Below, one piece after another: positions 1-9,334 of a stretch of 64,000 nt of DNA (positions are counted from its first letter, which is position 1; every line of letters starts with the position of its first letter). Below the pieces are notes generated by a model that was not told where the DNA came from, made no database searches, and was given only the letters and a program-made list of their open reading frames with translations. Origin of the DNA: an uncultured candidatus Porisulfidus sp. Lineage in GTDB: Bacteria; Pseudomonadota; Gammaproteobacteria; Poriferisulfidales; Poriferisulfidaceae. The stretch spans positions 142,426-206,425 of the forward strand of contig OZ251520.1 of assembly GCA_965242985.1 (NCBI GenBank), in the 5' to 3' direction. A program made the position numbers and the translations under genes.

Positions 1-982
1 CGGCCTGCTGCTGCTCGCCGTCGCCGCGGCGCTCGGGGTGATCGCGCTCGGCGCCTACGTGCGGCTGACCGACGCCGGCCTCGGCTGCCCCGACTGGCCG
101 GGCTGCTACGGGCACTTCGGCTCGCTGCCGGAAACCGACGCGGAGATCGCCGCCGCCCGCGCCCAGGATCCGCGCGGCGCCTACGACGCGGGCAAGGCGG
201 CGCGCGAGATGCTGCACCGCTACGCGGCCGGCGGGCTCGGCCTGCTGGTCCTGCTGCTGGCCGCGCTCGGCTGGAGCGGGCGCGCGCCGCGGCGGCTGCG
301 CCCGGGCCTGAACGCCCTGCTGCTGCTGGTCGCGGCGCAGGCCCTGCTGGGCATGTGGACCGTCACCTTGCAGCTGCAGCCGCTGGTGGTGGTCGCGCAC
401 CTGCTGGGCGGCTTCGCCACCCTGGCCCTGCTGTGGCTGCTGTGGCTGCCGGCGCCGGCCGCCGAGCACCGGCCCGCGGTGCCCCGCTCGCTGCGGCGTT
501 GGGCCGCCGCGGCGCTGGCGGCGCTGCTCGCGCAGATCGCGCTGGGCGGCTGGACCAGCGCCAACTACGCGGCGCTCGCCTGCCTCGACTTCCCGACCTG
601 CCAGGGCCGGTGGTGGCCGGACGGGATGGATTTCCGGGAAGCGTTCGTGCTCTGGCGCGGCGCCGGGATCGACTACGAATACGGCGTGCTGGACAGTCCC
701 GCGCGCACCGCCGTCCACATGGCGCACCGGGCGGGCGCCGCGGTCGCGGCGGCGCTGCTGCTGGCGCTGGCCGTCGCCGGCTGGCGCAGCGACGACACCC
801 GGCTGCGCCGCGGCGCCTTGGTCCTCGTCCTGCTGCTGGCCGCGCAGCTGGGCCTCGGCGCCGGCAACGTGCTGCTGCGGCTGCCGCTGCCGGTCGCGGT
901 CGCGCACAACCTCACGGCCGCGCTGCTGCTGCTGGCGGCGCTGTCCCTGTGGCGCCGCGCGCGCCCCCCGCCGCGGCTGTGA
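1..982 (+). CDS. ctaA: Heme A synthase (COX15/CtaA family), 5' end outside window
   Basis: Frame is open from the window start and reads as transmembrane helix. Translation has the CtaA motif LGCPDWPGCYG and His-containing TM helices. Stop at 980-982. Confidence 0.8.
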   Translation, partial: GLLLLAVAAALGVIALGAYVRLTDAGLGCPDWPGCYGHFGSLPETDAEIAAARAQDPRGAYDAGKAAREMLHRYAAGGLGLLVLLLAALGWSGRAPRRLRPGLNALLLLVAAQALLGMWTVTLQLQPLVVVAHLLGGFATLALLWLLWLPAPAAEHRPAVPRSLRRWAAAALAALLAQIALGGWTSANYAALACLDFPTCQGRWWPDGMDFREAFVLWRGAGIDYEYGVLDSPARTAVHMAHRAGAAVAAALLLALAVAGWRSDDTRLRRGALVLVLLLAAQLGLGAGNVLLRLPLPVAVAHNLTAALLLLAALSLWRRARPPPRL

Positions 983-1869
983 GCGCGCCCCCCGCCGCCC
1001 GCTGGCGCGACTACCTGGAGCTGACCAAGCCGCGCGTCGTCGCGCTGATGGTGTTCACCGCCCTGATCGGGATGGTGCTGGCCGACCCGTGGATGCAGGC
1101 GCCGGCGCGGATGCTGTGGGGCGCCGCCGGCATCACCCTGATGGCGGCGGCGGCCGCCGCCGTCAACCAGCTGGCGGACCGCGCGCTGGACGCGCGCATG
1201 GAGCGCACCCGCGCCCGCCCGCTGCCGCGCGGCGCGCTGGCGCCGCGCCAGGCGACGCGCTTCGCCGCGGCGCTCGGCGTCCTCGGCTTCGCCGCGCTGG
1301 CGCTGCGGGTCAACATGCTCACCGCCTGGCTGACGCTCGGCTCGCTGCTCGGCTACGCCTTCGTCTACACCCGCTACCTGAAGCACGCCACGCCGCAGAA
1401 CATCGTCATCGGCGGCGCCGCCGGCGCGGCGCCGCCGCTGCTCGGCTGGACCGCCGTCGCCGGCAGCGTCGACCCGGGCGCGATCGCGCTGTTCCTGATC
1501 ATCTTCGCCTGGACCCCGCCGCACTTCTGGGCGCTGGCCCTGCACCGCAAGGAGGACTACGCCGAGACCGGCGTGCCGATGCTGCCGGTCACCCACGGCG
1601 ACGACTACACGCGGCTGCAGATCACGCTGTACACGCTGCTGCTGACCGCGGCCAGCCTGCTGCCGTTCGCCATCGGCCTGTCGGGCCCGCCCTACCTCGC
1701 CGCGGCGGTCGCGCTCGACGCCGTGTTCCTGGGCTACGCGCTGGCGATGCAGCGGGAGCGCGGCAACCGGCTCGCCATGCCGACCTTCGTCTACTCGATC
1801 GTGTACCTGATGGGACTGTTCCTGGCGCTGCTGGTCGACCGCTACCTGGGATTGTTCTGGGGCGGGTAG
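979..1869 (+). CDS. ctaB: Protoheme IX farnesyltransferase (heme O synthase)
   Basis: WRDYLELTKPRVV near the N-terminus, UbiA-family TM protein. GTG start at 979 overlaps the ctaA stop (GTGA). The remainder of ORF 355..1869 upstream is GC-driven read-through. Confidence 0.8.
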   Translation: MSAPPAARWRDYLELTKPRVVALMVFTALIGMVLADPWMQAPARMLWGAAGITLMAAAAAAVNQLADRALDARMERTRARPLPRGALAPRQATRFAAALGVLGFAALALRVNMLTAWLTLGSLLGYAFVYTRYLKHATPQNIVIGGAAGAAPPLLGWTAVAGSVDPGAIALFLIIFAWTPPHFWALALHRKEDYAETGVPMLPVTHGDDYTRLQITLYTLLLTAASLLPFAIGLSGPPYLAAAVALDAVFLGYALAMQRERGNRLAMPTFVYSIVYLMGLFLALLVDRYLGLFWGG

Positions 1870-1937
1870 CGGCGCCCGCGCGCCGGCTCAAGGTCCGCGC
1901 GACCGGTTCCGCCGCCGGGCGCCGGGACCGGCGGTTG

Positions 1938-2225
1938 TCACTTGGGCAAGCCCCGGTCGTCGTAGAGTTCTTCCTGGAGAGCCTGCGACAACGGCGCCGT
2001 CCGGTCGGCGGCCTTGCCTTCCAAGCGGCGGCGAAGCCTGGCTCCATTCGCGAGGTAGCCGTTCAGGGAGGCGCGCATCGCTTCGCGGCCCGGCAAGCCG
2101 GGCTCCGGCCGGTTTTCCGGCGCGTCCTGCAGCCGCGGAGAGACTTTTCGGAGCAAGGCCCGGCCGCCCGCGGCCGCCGCCGCCGCGACTCCGGCGATGC
2201 TTCCGCGCAGCGTTGCGAAACCCAT
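1938..2225 (-). CDS. Hypothetical small protein (95 aa), divergent from def
   Basis: ATG-initiated sub-ORF of the 1938..2807 minus frame, lying in the 500-bp ctaB-def spacer. No recognisable domain. May be spurious in this GC-rich DNA. Confidence 0.2.
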   Translation of the reverse strand: MGFATLRGSIAGVAAAAAAGGRALLRKVSPRLQDAPENRPEPGLPGREAMRASLNGYLANGARLRRRLEGKAADRTAPLSQALQEELYDDRGLPK

Positions 2226-2385
2226 GTCTTCTTCTCCCGGCTTCAGGCCCGGAATCTTCGCCTCCGTGGAATCCCGTCGCACCTTAACACGAAAAGCCCG
2301 CCGCCCGGCGAGACGCCGCTGGCCCCGGAGATGCGGCGCCGCGCGCCGCGGCTGGCCTATACTTAACCGTTGGAGACGCGAAGCC

Positions 2386-2934
2386 ATGGCCCTGCTGAAA
2401 GTCCTGCACTTCCCCGACCCGCGGCTGCGGCGCAAGGCGCGGCCGGTGGCGTCGGTCACCGACGAGACCCGCCGCATCGCCGACGACATGCTGGAGACCA
2501 TGTACGCCGAGCACGGCATCGGCCTGGCCGCGGTGCAGGTCAACATCGCGCAGCGCATCGTGGTCATCGACCTGAGCGAGGAGCGCGACCGGCCGCTGGT
2601 GCTGATCAACCCCGAGATCCTGGACGCCGGCGGCGAGGAGGAGATGGACGAGGGCTGCCTCTCGGTGCCGGGCTTCACCGCGCCGGTGCGGCGCCGCGAG
2701 CGGGTGCGCCTGCGCGCCCTCGACCGCGCCGGCGCGCCGTTCGAGCTGGACGCGGACGGCCTGCTGGCGGTGTGCGTCCAGCACGAGATCGACCACCTGA
2801 ACGGCAAGCTGTTCGTCGACTACCTGTCGCCGCTCAAGCGCGAGCGGATCGCGGACCAGCTGCGCAAGCAGGCGCGCCTCGGCACGCTCCCTAAGCGCAC
2901 CGAACGCCCGGCCGCCTACGAACGCCACCTCTGA
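2386..2934 (+). CDS. def: Peptide deformylase
   Basis: [16 protein letters not shown] and EGCLS metal-binding motifs. ATG at 2386 with GGAG 9 nt upstream. Confidence 0.9.
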   Translation: MALLKVLHFPDPRLRRKARPVASVTDETRRIADDMLETMYAEHGIGLAAVQVNIAQRIVVIDLSEERDRPLVLINPEILDAGGEEEMDEGCLSVPGFTAPVRRRERVRLRALDRAGAPFELDADGLLAVCVQHEIDHLNGKLFVDYLSPLKRERIADQLRKQARLGTLPKRTERPAAYERHL

Positions 2935-2956
2935 GCGGCGCCCGCCCGCCCCCGCG

Positions 2957-3880
2957 TTGCGCCTGATCTTCGCCGGCAGCGGGCCGTTCGGCGCCGCCGT
3001 GCTGGACGCCCTGCTGCGCGGCCCGCGCGAGGTGGCCGCGGTCCTCTCCCGCCCGGACCGCCCGGCCGGCCGCGGCCGCCGGCTGCGCCCGACCCCGGTC
3101 AGCGAGCGCGCGGCGGCGGCCGGATTGCCGCTGCTGCGCCCCGAGCGCCTGGACGGCGCCGCGCGCGCCGAACTGGCCGCGCTCGGCGCCGACGTCCTGG
3201 CGGTGGCCGACTACGGCCGCCTGCTCCCCGCGGACTGGCTCGGCCTCTGCCCCGGCGGCTGCCTCAACGTGCACGCCTCGCTGCTGCCGCGCTGGCGCGG
3301 CGCGGCGCCGGTCGCGCGCGCCATCGAGGCCGGCGACGCCGAGGGCGGCTGCACCCTGATGCTGATGGACGCGGGGCTCGACACCGGCGACATCCTGCTG
3401 CAGCGGGCGCGGCCGTTCGCCGCCGGCGAGACCGCCGGCGAGGCCGCGGCGGCGCTGGCGCCGCTGGGCGCCGCGCTGCTGCTGCGGTATCTGGAGGACT
3501 TCGACCCCGCGCACCCGGGGCGGCGCCCGCAGGACGGCGCGCGCGCCACCGCCGCGCCGCTGCTGCGCAAGGCCGAGGCCGCCGTCGACTGGCGCCGGCC
3601 GGCGGCCGAAATCGCGCGCCGGATCCGCGCCTTCAACCCGCGCCCGGGCGCCGCCGCCCGCTGCGGGAGCGAGACCCTGCGGCTGTGGCGGGCGGACGCC
3701 GGCGCGGCCGCGCCCGGCGGCCCGCCGGGGACCGTCGTCGGCTGCGGCGCGGACGGCCTGCGCGTGGCGGCGGGCGACGGCCAGGTCCGCGTCACCGAAC
3801 TGCAGCGCCCGGGCCGGCGGCGGCTGCCGGCGGCGGCGTTCTGCCGCGGCGGGGACTGGGTCGGGCGGCGCTTCGCCTGA
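2957..3880 (+). CDS. fmt: Methionyl-tRNA formyltransferase
   Basis: N-terminal LIFAGSGPFG, SLLPRWRGAAP formyltransferase motif, C-terminal Fmt domain. TTG/alternative start at 2957, directly after def. Confidence 0.85.
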   Translation: MRLIFAGSGPFGAAVLDALLRGPREVAAVLSRPDRPAGRGRRLRPTPVSERAAAAGLPLLRPERLDGAARAELAALGADVLAVADYGRLLPADWLGLCPGGCLNVHASLLPRWRGAAPVARAIEAGDAEGGCTLMLMDAGLDTGDILLQRARPFAAGETAGEAAAALAPLGAALLLRYLEDFDPAHPGRRPQDGARATAAPLLRKAEAAVDWRRPAAEIARRIRAFNPRPGAAARCGSETLRLWRADAGAAAPGGPPGTVVGCGADGLRVAAGDGQVRVTELQRPGRRRLPAAAFCRGGDWVGRRFA

Positions 3881-3918
3881 GTAGAATGCACGCGTCTCGA
3901 ACCACCCGGAGCGCGAGC

Positions 3919-4473
3919 ATGCGCGCGGCGGCGCGTCTCGGTCTGGCAATCGGCCTCCTGCTGTGCGCGCCGGCGGCGCCGGCGGCGCTGGAGCTGAGCG
4001 CGGTGCGCGCCGAACGGACCGCGCAGACGGTCGCGCTCAGCCTGGAGCTGGAGCTGCGGGACCCGGGCGGGCGCGTCGCCCGCGCCCTGCTGCGCGGCGA
4101 CGTCTGGCTGACGGTGGACCTCGTCCTGCACCGCACCGGCCGGTGGTGGCAGGAGGCGCGCCCGGTCGGCCGGCTGCGGCTGCTGCGGCGGCTCGCCTAC
4201 GAGCCGCTGCGGCAGGCCTACCGGGTGCACGACGTCAACCGCGGCGAGCGCACCGACTTCGACGACCTCGGCGCCGCGCTGGCGCGCCTGCTCCGCCTGC
4301 GCGCGGTGCCGGCGGCGCGCCTCGACCGGCTGCCCGGCGCGCCGGCGGAGTTCCGCGGCGAGGCGCGCGCGCGCCTGCACGCCAACCCGGCGCCGATGGA
4401 GCTGGCGCTCGACCCGGAACGCGAGGCGCCGCTCGACTGGCGCAGCGGCGCGGTGCGATGGCGGCTGCCCTGA
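3919..4473 (+). CDS. DUF4390-like secreted protein (conserved partner upstream of ntrY)
   Basis: ATG at 3919 followed by a signal peptide (RLGLAIGLLLCAPAAPAALE). About 184 aa. Sits between fmt and the ntrY-like kinase as in many beta/gamma-proteobacteria. Confidence 0.55.
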   Translation: MRAAARLGLAIGLLLCAPAAPAALELSAVRAERTAQTVALSLELELRDPGGRVARALLRGDVWLTVDLVLHRTGRWWQEARPVGRLRLLRRLAYEPLRQAYRVHDVNRGERTDFDDLGAALARLLRLRAVPAARLDRLPGAPAEFRGEARARLHANPAPMELALDPEREAPLDWRSGAVRWRLP

Positions 4474-6623
4474 AGCGCTTCCTCGCCGGCCCGCTGCCGG
4501 TGCTGGGCGTGTTCCTGCTGCTGTGCGCCTCGCTCGGCGCGATGGCCGAGGCGACCCAGAGCTCCGGGCACTTCCACCGCTGGCAGTGGTGGACGATCGG
4601 CCTCAACGGCGCGCTCGGCGGCGTCCTGCTGGTGCTGATCGGCCTCGCCGTGGCCCGCCTGGCGCGCCAGCTGCGCCGCCGCGAGACCGGCTCCCGGCTG
4701 TCGCTGCGCATGGCGGTGATGTTCGCCGGCTTCACCCTGGTGCCGACCTCCATGGTGTTCGGCTTCTCGATCTGGCTGCTGTCCACCGGCGTCGACAGCT
4801 GGTTCGACGTGGGCGTCGACGACGCCCTGGACAAGGCCGGCAAGCTGAGCCGCTCCTCGATCGACGCGCAGCTGCGCCAGCGCCGCGACCAGATCGAGCG
4901 CCTGCTGCAGGCCGCCGGCGACGTCCGCGACTCGGCCGACGCGGTGGCGCTGACCCACGACCTGGTGCACCGCACCGGCGCCCTGGAGGCGGCGCTGTTC
5001 GACGCCGGCAACCAGATCCTCGCCGCGCAGGGCGAGGCGGTCGACATCGCGCTCGACCGCCCGGACGAGGCCCGGCTGCAGCTGCTGCGCGAGCACGGCG
5101 CCTACCTGACGCAGGAGGAGCACCCGGAGCACGGCACGGTCAGCTACGCGCTGCTGGAGGTGCCGTCGCTGAGCCGCGAGCGGCCGCTGGTGCTGCAGGC
5201 GCGCTACCCGACCTCCGAGCACATGGCCGGGCTGGCCGCCAGCATCGCGCAGGCCGCCGGCACCTACCGGCGGCTGCTGGAGCTGCGCATGCCGCTGAAG
5301 TACAACCTGACGCTGGTGCTGGCGCTGGCGCTGCTGCTGGGGCTGCTGTTCGCGGTGTGGGCGGCGCTGTACTCGGCGCAGCGCATCCTGGCGCCGATCC
5401 CGGAGCTGGCGCGCGGCTTCGAGGCGGTGGCCTCCGGCGAGTACGGCCGCCGCCTGCCGGCCGACCGCCGCGACGAGCTCGGCCACCTGGCGCACGCCTT
5501 CAACCGCATGACCGAGCGGCTGGCCGACAGCCGCTACATCGCCGAGACCCGCCGCCTCACCATCGAGCAGCAGCGCTCCTACCTGAACACGCTCCTCGAG
5601 CACCTGTCGTCCGGGGTGATCAGCCTCGACGCCGACGCCGTGCTGATGACCGCCAACCGCGCCGCCGGCGCCATCCTCGGCCTCAACCTGCAGACGCGCT
5701 TCGGCCAGCCGCTGCTGGCCCTGCGCCGGCTGCACCCGGAGCTGGAGCCGCTGTGGGCGCTGCTCGACGCGCAGCACCGCAGCGAGCGCGAGCTCGAGCG
5801 GCAGCTGCAGCTCCGCGGCGAGCGCCAGACCCTGCTGTGCCACGGCGCGCGGCTGCCGCGGGAGGTCGGCTGCGTGGTGGTGTTCGAGGACATCACCGAC
5901 CTGCAGCAGGCGCAGCGCCAGGCCGCCTGGGGCGAGGTGGCGCGGCGGCTGGCGCACGAGATCAAGAACCCGCTGACCCCGATCCGGCTGTCGGCCGAGC
6001 GGCTGCGGCGCAAGCTCGAGCCGGAGCTGTCCGGCGACGCGGCCGAGCTGCTGCGGCGCGCCGCGCGCACCATCGTCGAGCAGGTCGAGTCCATGCGGCT
6101 GATGCTGAACGAATTCGGCCAGTACGCGGCCGCCGGGTTCCGGCCGGAGCCGGTCGAGCTGGACGCGGCGGTGCGCGAGGTGCTGGACCTGTACCTGGAG
6201 ACCGGCGCGGCCGTCGCCATCCGCCCGCGCCTGAACGCCGCCGGCGCGCGGATCGACGCCGACCCGGGCCGGCTGCGGCAGCTGCTGCACAACCTGCTGA
6301 AGAACGCGCTGGAGGCGCAGGCGGAGCGCATCGCGGGCTTCGTCGAGCTGCGCAGCGAGCGGCGCGGCGGGCAAGTGGCGCTGACGGTGCGCGACGGCGG
6401 CCCCGGCTTCGCCGCGGACGTGATCGGCCGCGCGTTCGAGCCGTACGTCACCACCAAGCCCGGCGGCAGCGGCCTGGGCCTGGCGATGGTGCACAAGATC
6501 GTGCAGGACCACGGCGGCGGCCTGCGCGTATACAATGACCCGGACGCCGGCGGCTGCGTGGAGATCCTGTTCCCGGTCCGCGGCGACGAGCCGGCGGCGG
6601 CGCCGGAGGAGCCGGGGGCATGA
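4458..6623 (+). CDS. ntrY: NtrY-like sensor histidine kinase (TM/HAMP/PAS/HisKA/HATPase)
   Basis: N-terminal TM helices. H-box LAHEIKNPLTPIRLSAERL. G-box GGSGLGLAMVHKIVQDHGG. ATG at 4458 overlaps the upstream gene by 16 nt. Confidence 0.8.
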   Translation: MAAALKRFLAGPLPVLGVFLLLCASLGAMAEATQSSGHFHRWQWWTIGLNGALGGVLLVLIGLAVARLARQLRRRETGSRLSLRMAVMFAGFTLVPTSMVFGFSIWLLSTGVDSWFDVGVDDALDKAGKLSRSSIDAQLRQRRDQIERLLQAAGDVRDSADAVALTHDLVHRTGALEAALFDAGNQILAAQGEAVDIALDRPDEARLQLLREHGAYLTQEEHPEHGTVSYALLEVPSLSRERPLVLQARYPTSEHMAGLAASIAQAAGTYRRLLELRMPLKYNLTLVLALALLLGLLFAVWAALYSAQRILAPIPELARGFEAVASGEYGRRLPADRRDELGHLAHAFNRMTERLADSRYIAETRRLTIEQQRSYLNTLLEHLSSGVISLDADAVLMTANRAAGAILGLNLQTRFGQPLLALRRLHPELEPLWALLDAQHRSERELERQLQLRGERQTLLCHGARLPREVGCVVVFEDITDLQQAQRQAAWGEVARRLAHEIKNPLTPIRLSAERLRRKLEPELSGDAAELLRRAARTIVEQVESMRLMLNEFGQYAAAGFRPEPVELDAAVREVLDLYLETGAAVAIRPRLNAAGARIDADPGRLRQLLHNLLKNALEAQAERIAGFVELRSERRGGQVALTVRDGGPGFAADVIGRAFEPYVTTKPGGSGLGLAMVHKIVQDHGGGLRVYNDPDAGGCVEILFPVRGDEPAAAPEEPGA

Positions 6624-7963
6624 GCCGCGAAACCGTCCTGATCGTCGACGACGAGCCCGACAACCGGGCCCAGATCGAGGAGATCCTGGCCGACGAGGGC
6701 TACACCGTGCTGGCCGCCGAATCGGCGCCGCGCGCGCGCCGCCTGGCGCGCGAGCACCCGGTCGACCTGGCGCTGCTCGACATCTGGATGCCGGGCGAGG
6801 ACGGCCTGAGCCTGCTGAAGTCCTGGCGCCTGTCGGGGCGGGCGCCGTTCCCGGTGCTGATGATGTCCGGCCACGGCACCATCGACACCGCGATCGAGGC
6901 GACGCGGCTCGGCGCCTGGCACTACCTGGAGAAGCCGTTCGCGATGGACAAGCTGCTGCTCAGCGTGTCGCGGGCGCTGGAGGCGCACCGGCTGCGGCAG
7001 CGCAACCAGCGGCTGGCGCGCGACGCCGCCCGCCTCGAGCAGCTGATCGGCGGCGACCCCGCGATCCGGGAGCTGCGCGCGCGCATCGAGGCGCTGGCCG
7101 GCGGCGACGCCCCGGCGCTGATCGTCGGCGAGGCGGGCTGCGAGCACCTGGCGGCGGCGGCCGCGCTGCACCGCGCCGGCCCGCGGCATGCGCAGCCGTT
7201 CGTCCGCAGCGCGCGGCCGGACGCCGGGCAGCTGTTCGAGGGCGACGGCGGGCGCCCCTGCCTGCTGCGCGAGGCGCACGGCGGCACGCTGTACCTGGAG
7301 CCGCTTGACCGGCTGCCGGCGGCGGCGCAGGGGCGCCTGCTGTCGGTGCTGCGCAACCGCCGCCTGCTCGGCGCCGACGGCAGCGCGGCGCCGCTGGACG
7401 TGCGCCTGATCGCCGCGCTGCACCGGCCGCCGGAAGAGGCGGCGGCGGCGGGCGCGCTGGACCCCGGCCTGCGCGCGCTGCTGGGCGCGCCGGCGCTGCG
7501 GCTGCCGCCGCTGCGGGAGCGCGCCAAGGACATCCCGGAGCTGGTGCGGCACTTCGCCAACCACTACTGCAACGAGGAGGGCCTGAACTGGCGCGACTTC
7601 CCGACCGCGGTGATGAACGCCCTGATCCACGAGTCCTGGCCGGGCAACGTCCGCGAGCTCCGCCGCTGCGTCTACCGGCTGCTGATCGCCGGCGGCGAGA
7701 CCGAGGTCAGCCCGCTGGAGCTGGAGCAGTTGCTGCGCCCGCCGGCGCCCGCCGGGGCGGCCGCGGACGGCGCGCTGGAGGCGCTGGCGGGGCTGCCGTT
7801 CCGCCAGGCGCGCGCGCGCTTCGAGCGCGCCTACTACCGCCACCACCTGGAGCGGTGCGGCGGCAACATGCGCCAGCTGGCCGAGAACACCGGCATGGAG
7901 CGCACCTACCTGTACCGCAAGCTCAAGGAGCTGGAGCTGCGGCGGCCGCCGGACGACGACTGA
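6620..7963 (+). CDS. ntrX: NtrX-like response regulator: REC domain, degenerate sigma-54-type AAA+ domain, Fis-type HTH
   Basis: REC domain (LIVDDEP ... D in LLDIWMPGEDG). Central domain aligns to NtrC AAA+ but with GEAGCEH in place of the Walker A (no lysine) and EP in place of the Walker B DE. C-terminal HTH (RQLAENTGMERTYLYRKLKEL). Start overlaps the ntrY stop (ATGA). Confidence 0.8.
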   Translation: MSRETVLIVDDEPDNRAQIEEILADEGYTVLAAESAPRARRLAREHPVDLALLDIWMPGEDGLSLLKSWRLSGRAPFPVLMMSGHGTIDTAIEATRLGAWHYLEKPFAMDKLLLSVSRALEAHRLRQRNQRLARDAARLEQLIGGDPAIRELRARIEALAGGDAPALIVGEAGCEHLAAAAALHRAGPRHAQPFVRSARPDAGQLFEGDGGRPCLLREAHGGTLYLEPLDRLPAAAQGRLLSVLRNRRLLGADGSAAPLDVRLIAALHRPPEEAAAAGALDPGLRALLGAPALRLPPLRERAKDIPELVRHFANHYCNEEGLNWRDFPTAVMNALIHESWPGNVRELRRCVYRLLIAGGETEVSPLELEQLLRPPAPAGAAADGALEALAGLPFRQARARFERAYYRHHLERCGGNMRQLAENTGMERTYLYRKLKELELRRPPDDD

Positions 7964-7970
7964 GGCGCGC

Positions 7971-9332
7971 GTGAAGATCATCATCCTCGGCGCCGGCCGC
8001 ATCGGCAGCTCGCTGGCCATCGGGCTGACGCAGGAGAACAACGAGGTCACGCTGGTCGACCTGAACGAGCGGCTGCTGCGCAGCATCAGCAACCGCGTCG
8101 ACCTGCGCACCCTGCGCGGCCACGGCGCGCACCCCAACATCCTCGCCCAGGCCGGCGCCGAGAACGCCGACATGCTGGTCGCGCTGACCGCCAGCGACGA
8201 GGTCAACATGGTCGCCTGCCAGGTCGCCTACAGCCTGTTCAACGTCCCGCTGCGCATCGCCCGGGTGCGCGCCGCGGAGTACGTCCGCCACCCCGAGCTG
8301 TTCCATTCCGACACCCTGCCGGTCGACGTGCTGATCAGCCCGGAGCAGATCGCCTCGCGCAGCATCGAGCGGCTGATCCGCCAGCCCGGCGTGCTGCAGG
8401 TGATCGAATTCGCCGACGGCCTCGCGCAGCTGGCGGCGGTGCGGGTCGCGGCCGGCGCGCCGGCGGCCGGGCGCCGGCTGGCCGAGCTGCACGAGAGCCT
8501 GCCGAAGGTGCAGCTGCACGTGGCCGCGGTGTACCGCGACGGGCGGGCGGTGCGGCCGGACCCCGACCTGCGGCTGAAGGTGCACGACGAGGTGTTCGTG
8601 CTGGCCGCCGGCGACCAGCTGGGCCAGGTGATCGGCCGGCTGCGCGCGGACGTGCACGCCAGCCGCCACGTGCTGCTGGTCGGCGGCGGCAACATCGGCG
8701 GCAGCGTCGCCGCCGCGCTGGAGGGCGAGTTCCGGGTCAAGCTGATCGAGCGCGACGAGCGGCGCGCGCGCTACATGTCGGAGCAGCTGGCCGACACCCT
8801 GGTGCTGCACGGCGACGCCGCCGACGAGAACCTGATGCTGGACGAGAACCTGCGCGACATGGACGTGTTCTGCGCGCTCACCAACAGCGACGAGGCCAAC
8901 ATCCTGTCCGCGATGCAGGCCAAGCGCATGGGCGCCAACACCGTCATCGCGCTGATCAACCGCCCCTCCTACGTCGACTTGGTGGAGCGCTCCATCGACA
9001 TCGCGGTGTCGCCGCAGCAGGCGACCATGAGCGCGCTGCTGACGCACATCCGGCGCGGCGACGTGCTGTCCGTGCACTCCCTGCGCCGCGGCACGGCCGA
9101 GGCGCTCGAGGCGAAAGCGCACAACACCGCCGACGTGGTCGGGCGCCCGCTCGGCGCGCTCAGCCTGCCGGACAGCGTCGACATCGGCGCCCTGGTGCGC
9201 GGCCGCGAGCTGATCATCCCGGACGACGCCACCGTGATCAAGCCGGACGACCGCGTGATCCTGTTCGTCGGCGACAAGCGCCACATCCGCGACGTGGAGC
9301 GGCTGTTCCAGGTCAGCGCCACGTTCTTCTAG
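7971..9332 (+). CDS. trkA: Trk potassium uptake protein TrkA (two RCK/NAD-binding domains)
   Basis: MKIIILGAGRIGSSLA Rossmann motif at the N-terminus and a second copy (VLLVGGGNIGGSVA) mid-protein. GTG start. Confidence 0.9.
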   Translation: MKIIILGAGRIGSSLAIGLTQENNEVTLVDLNERLLRSISNRVDLRTLRGHGAHPNILAQAGAENADMLVALTASDEVNMVACQVAYSLFNVPLRIARVRAAEYVRHPELFHSDTLPVDVLISPEQIASRSIERLIRQPGVLQVIEFADGLAQLAAVRVAAGAPAAGRRLAELHESLPKVQLHVAAVYRDGRAVRPDPDLRLKVHDEVFVLAAGDQLGQVIGRLRADVHASRHVLLVGGGNIGGSVAAALEGEFRVKLIERDERRARYMSEQLADTLVLHGDAADENLMLDENLRDMDVFCALTNSDEANILSAMQAKRMGANTVIALINRPSYVDLVERSIDIAVSPQQATMSALLTHIRRGDVLSVHSLRRGTAEALEAKAHNTADVVGRPLGALSLPDSVDIGALVRGRELIIPDDATVIKPDDRVILFVGDKRHIRDVERLFQVSATFF

Positions 9333-9334
9333 GC

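Noticed and set aside
355-1869. 504-aa ORF spanning ctaA and ctaB in one frame
   Set aside because: Only the C-terminal 297 codons (from the GTG at 979) read as heme O synthase. The upstream part is Arg/Ala/Gly-rich nonsense in an alternative frame of ctaA, typical of 72% GC DNA.
3963-4457. Upstream extension of ntrY to 886 aa
   Set aside because: The extension is Arg/Ala/Gly/Pro low complexity that overlaps the DUF4390-like gene. The first membrane helices begin just after the ATG at 4458.
4218-6512. 764-aa antisense ORF opposite ntrY, together with many similar long minus-strand ORFs (673..1596, 2891..3949, 5579..8209, 12379..15507, 15590..17725, 42825..45458)
   Set aside because: Their composition is Arg/Gly/Ala/Gln-biased low complexity with no domains. 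They overlap well-supported genes on the other strand. In GC-rich DNA long spurious antisense frames are expected.
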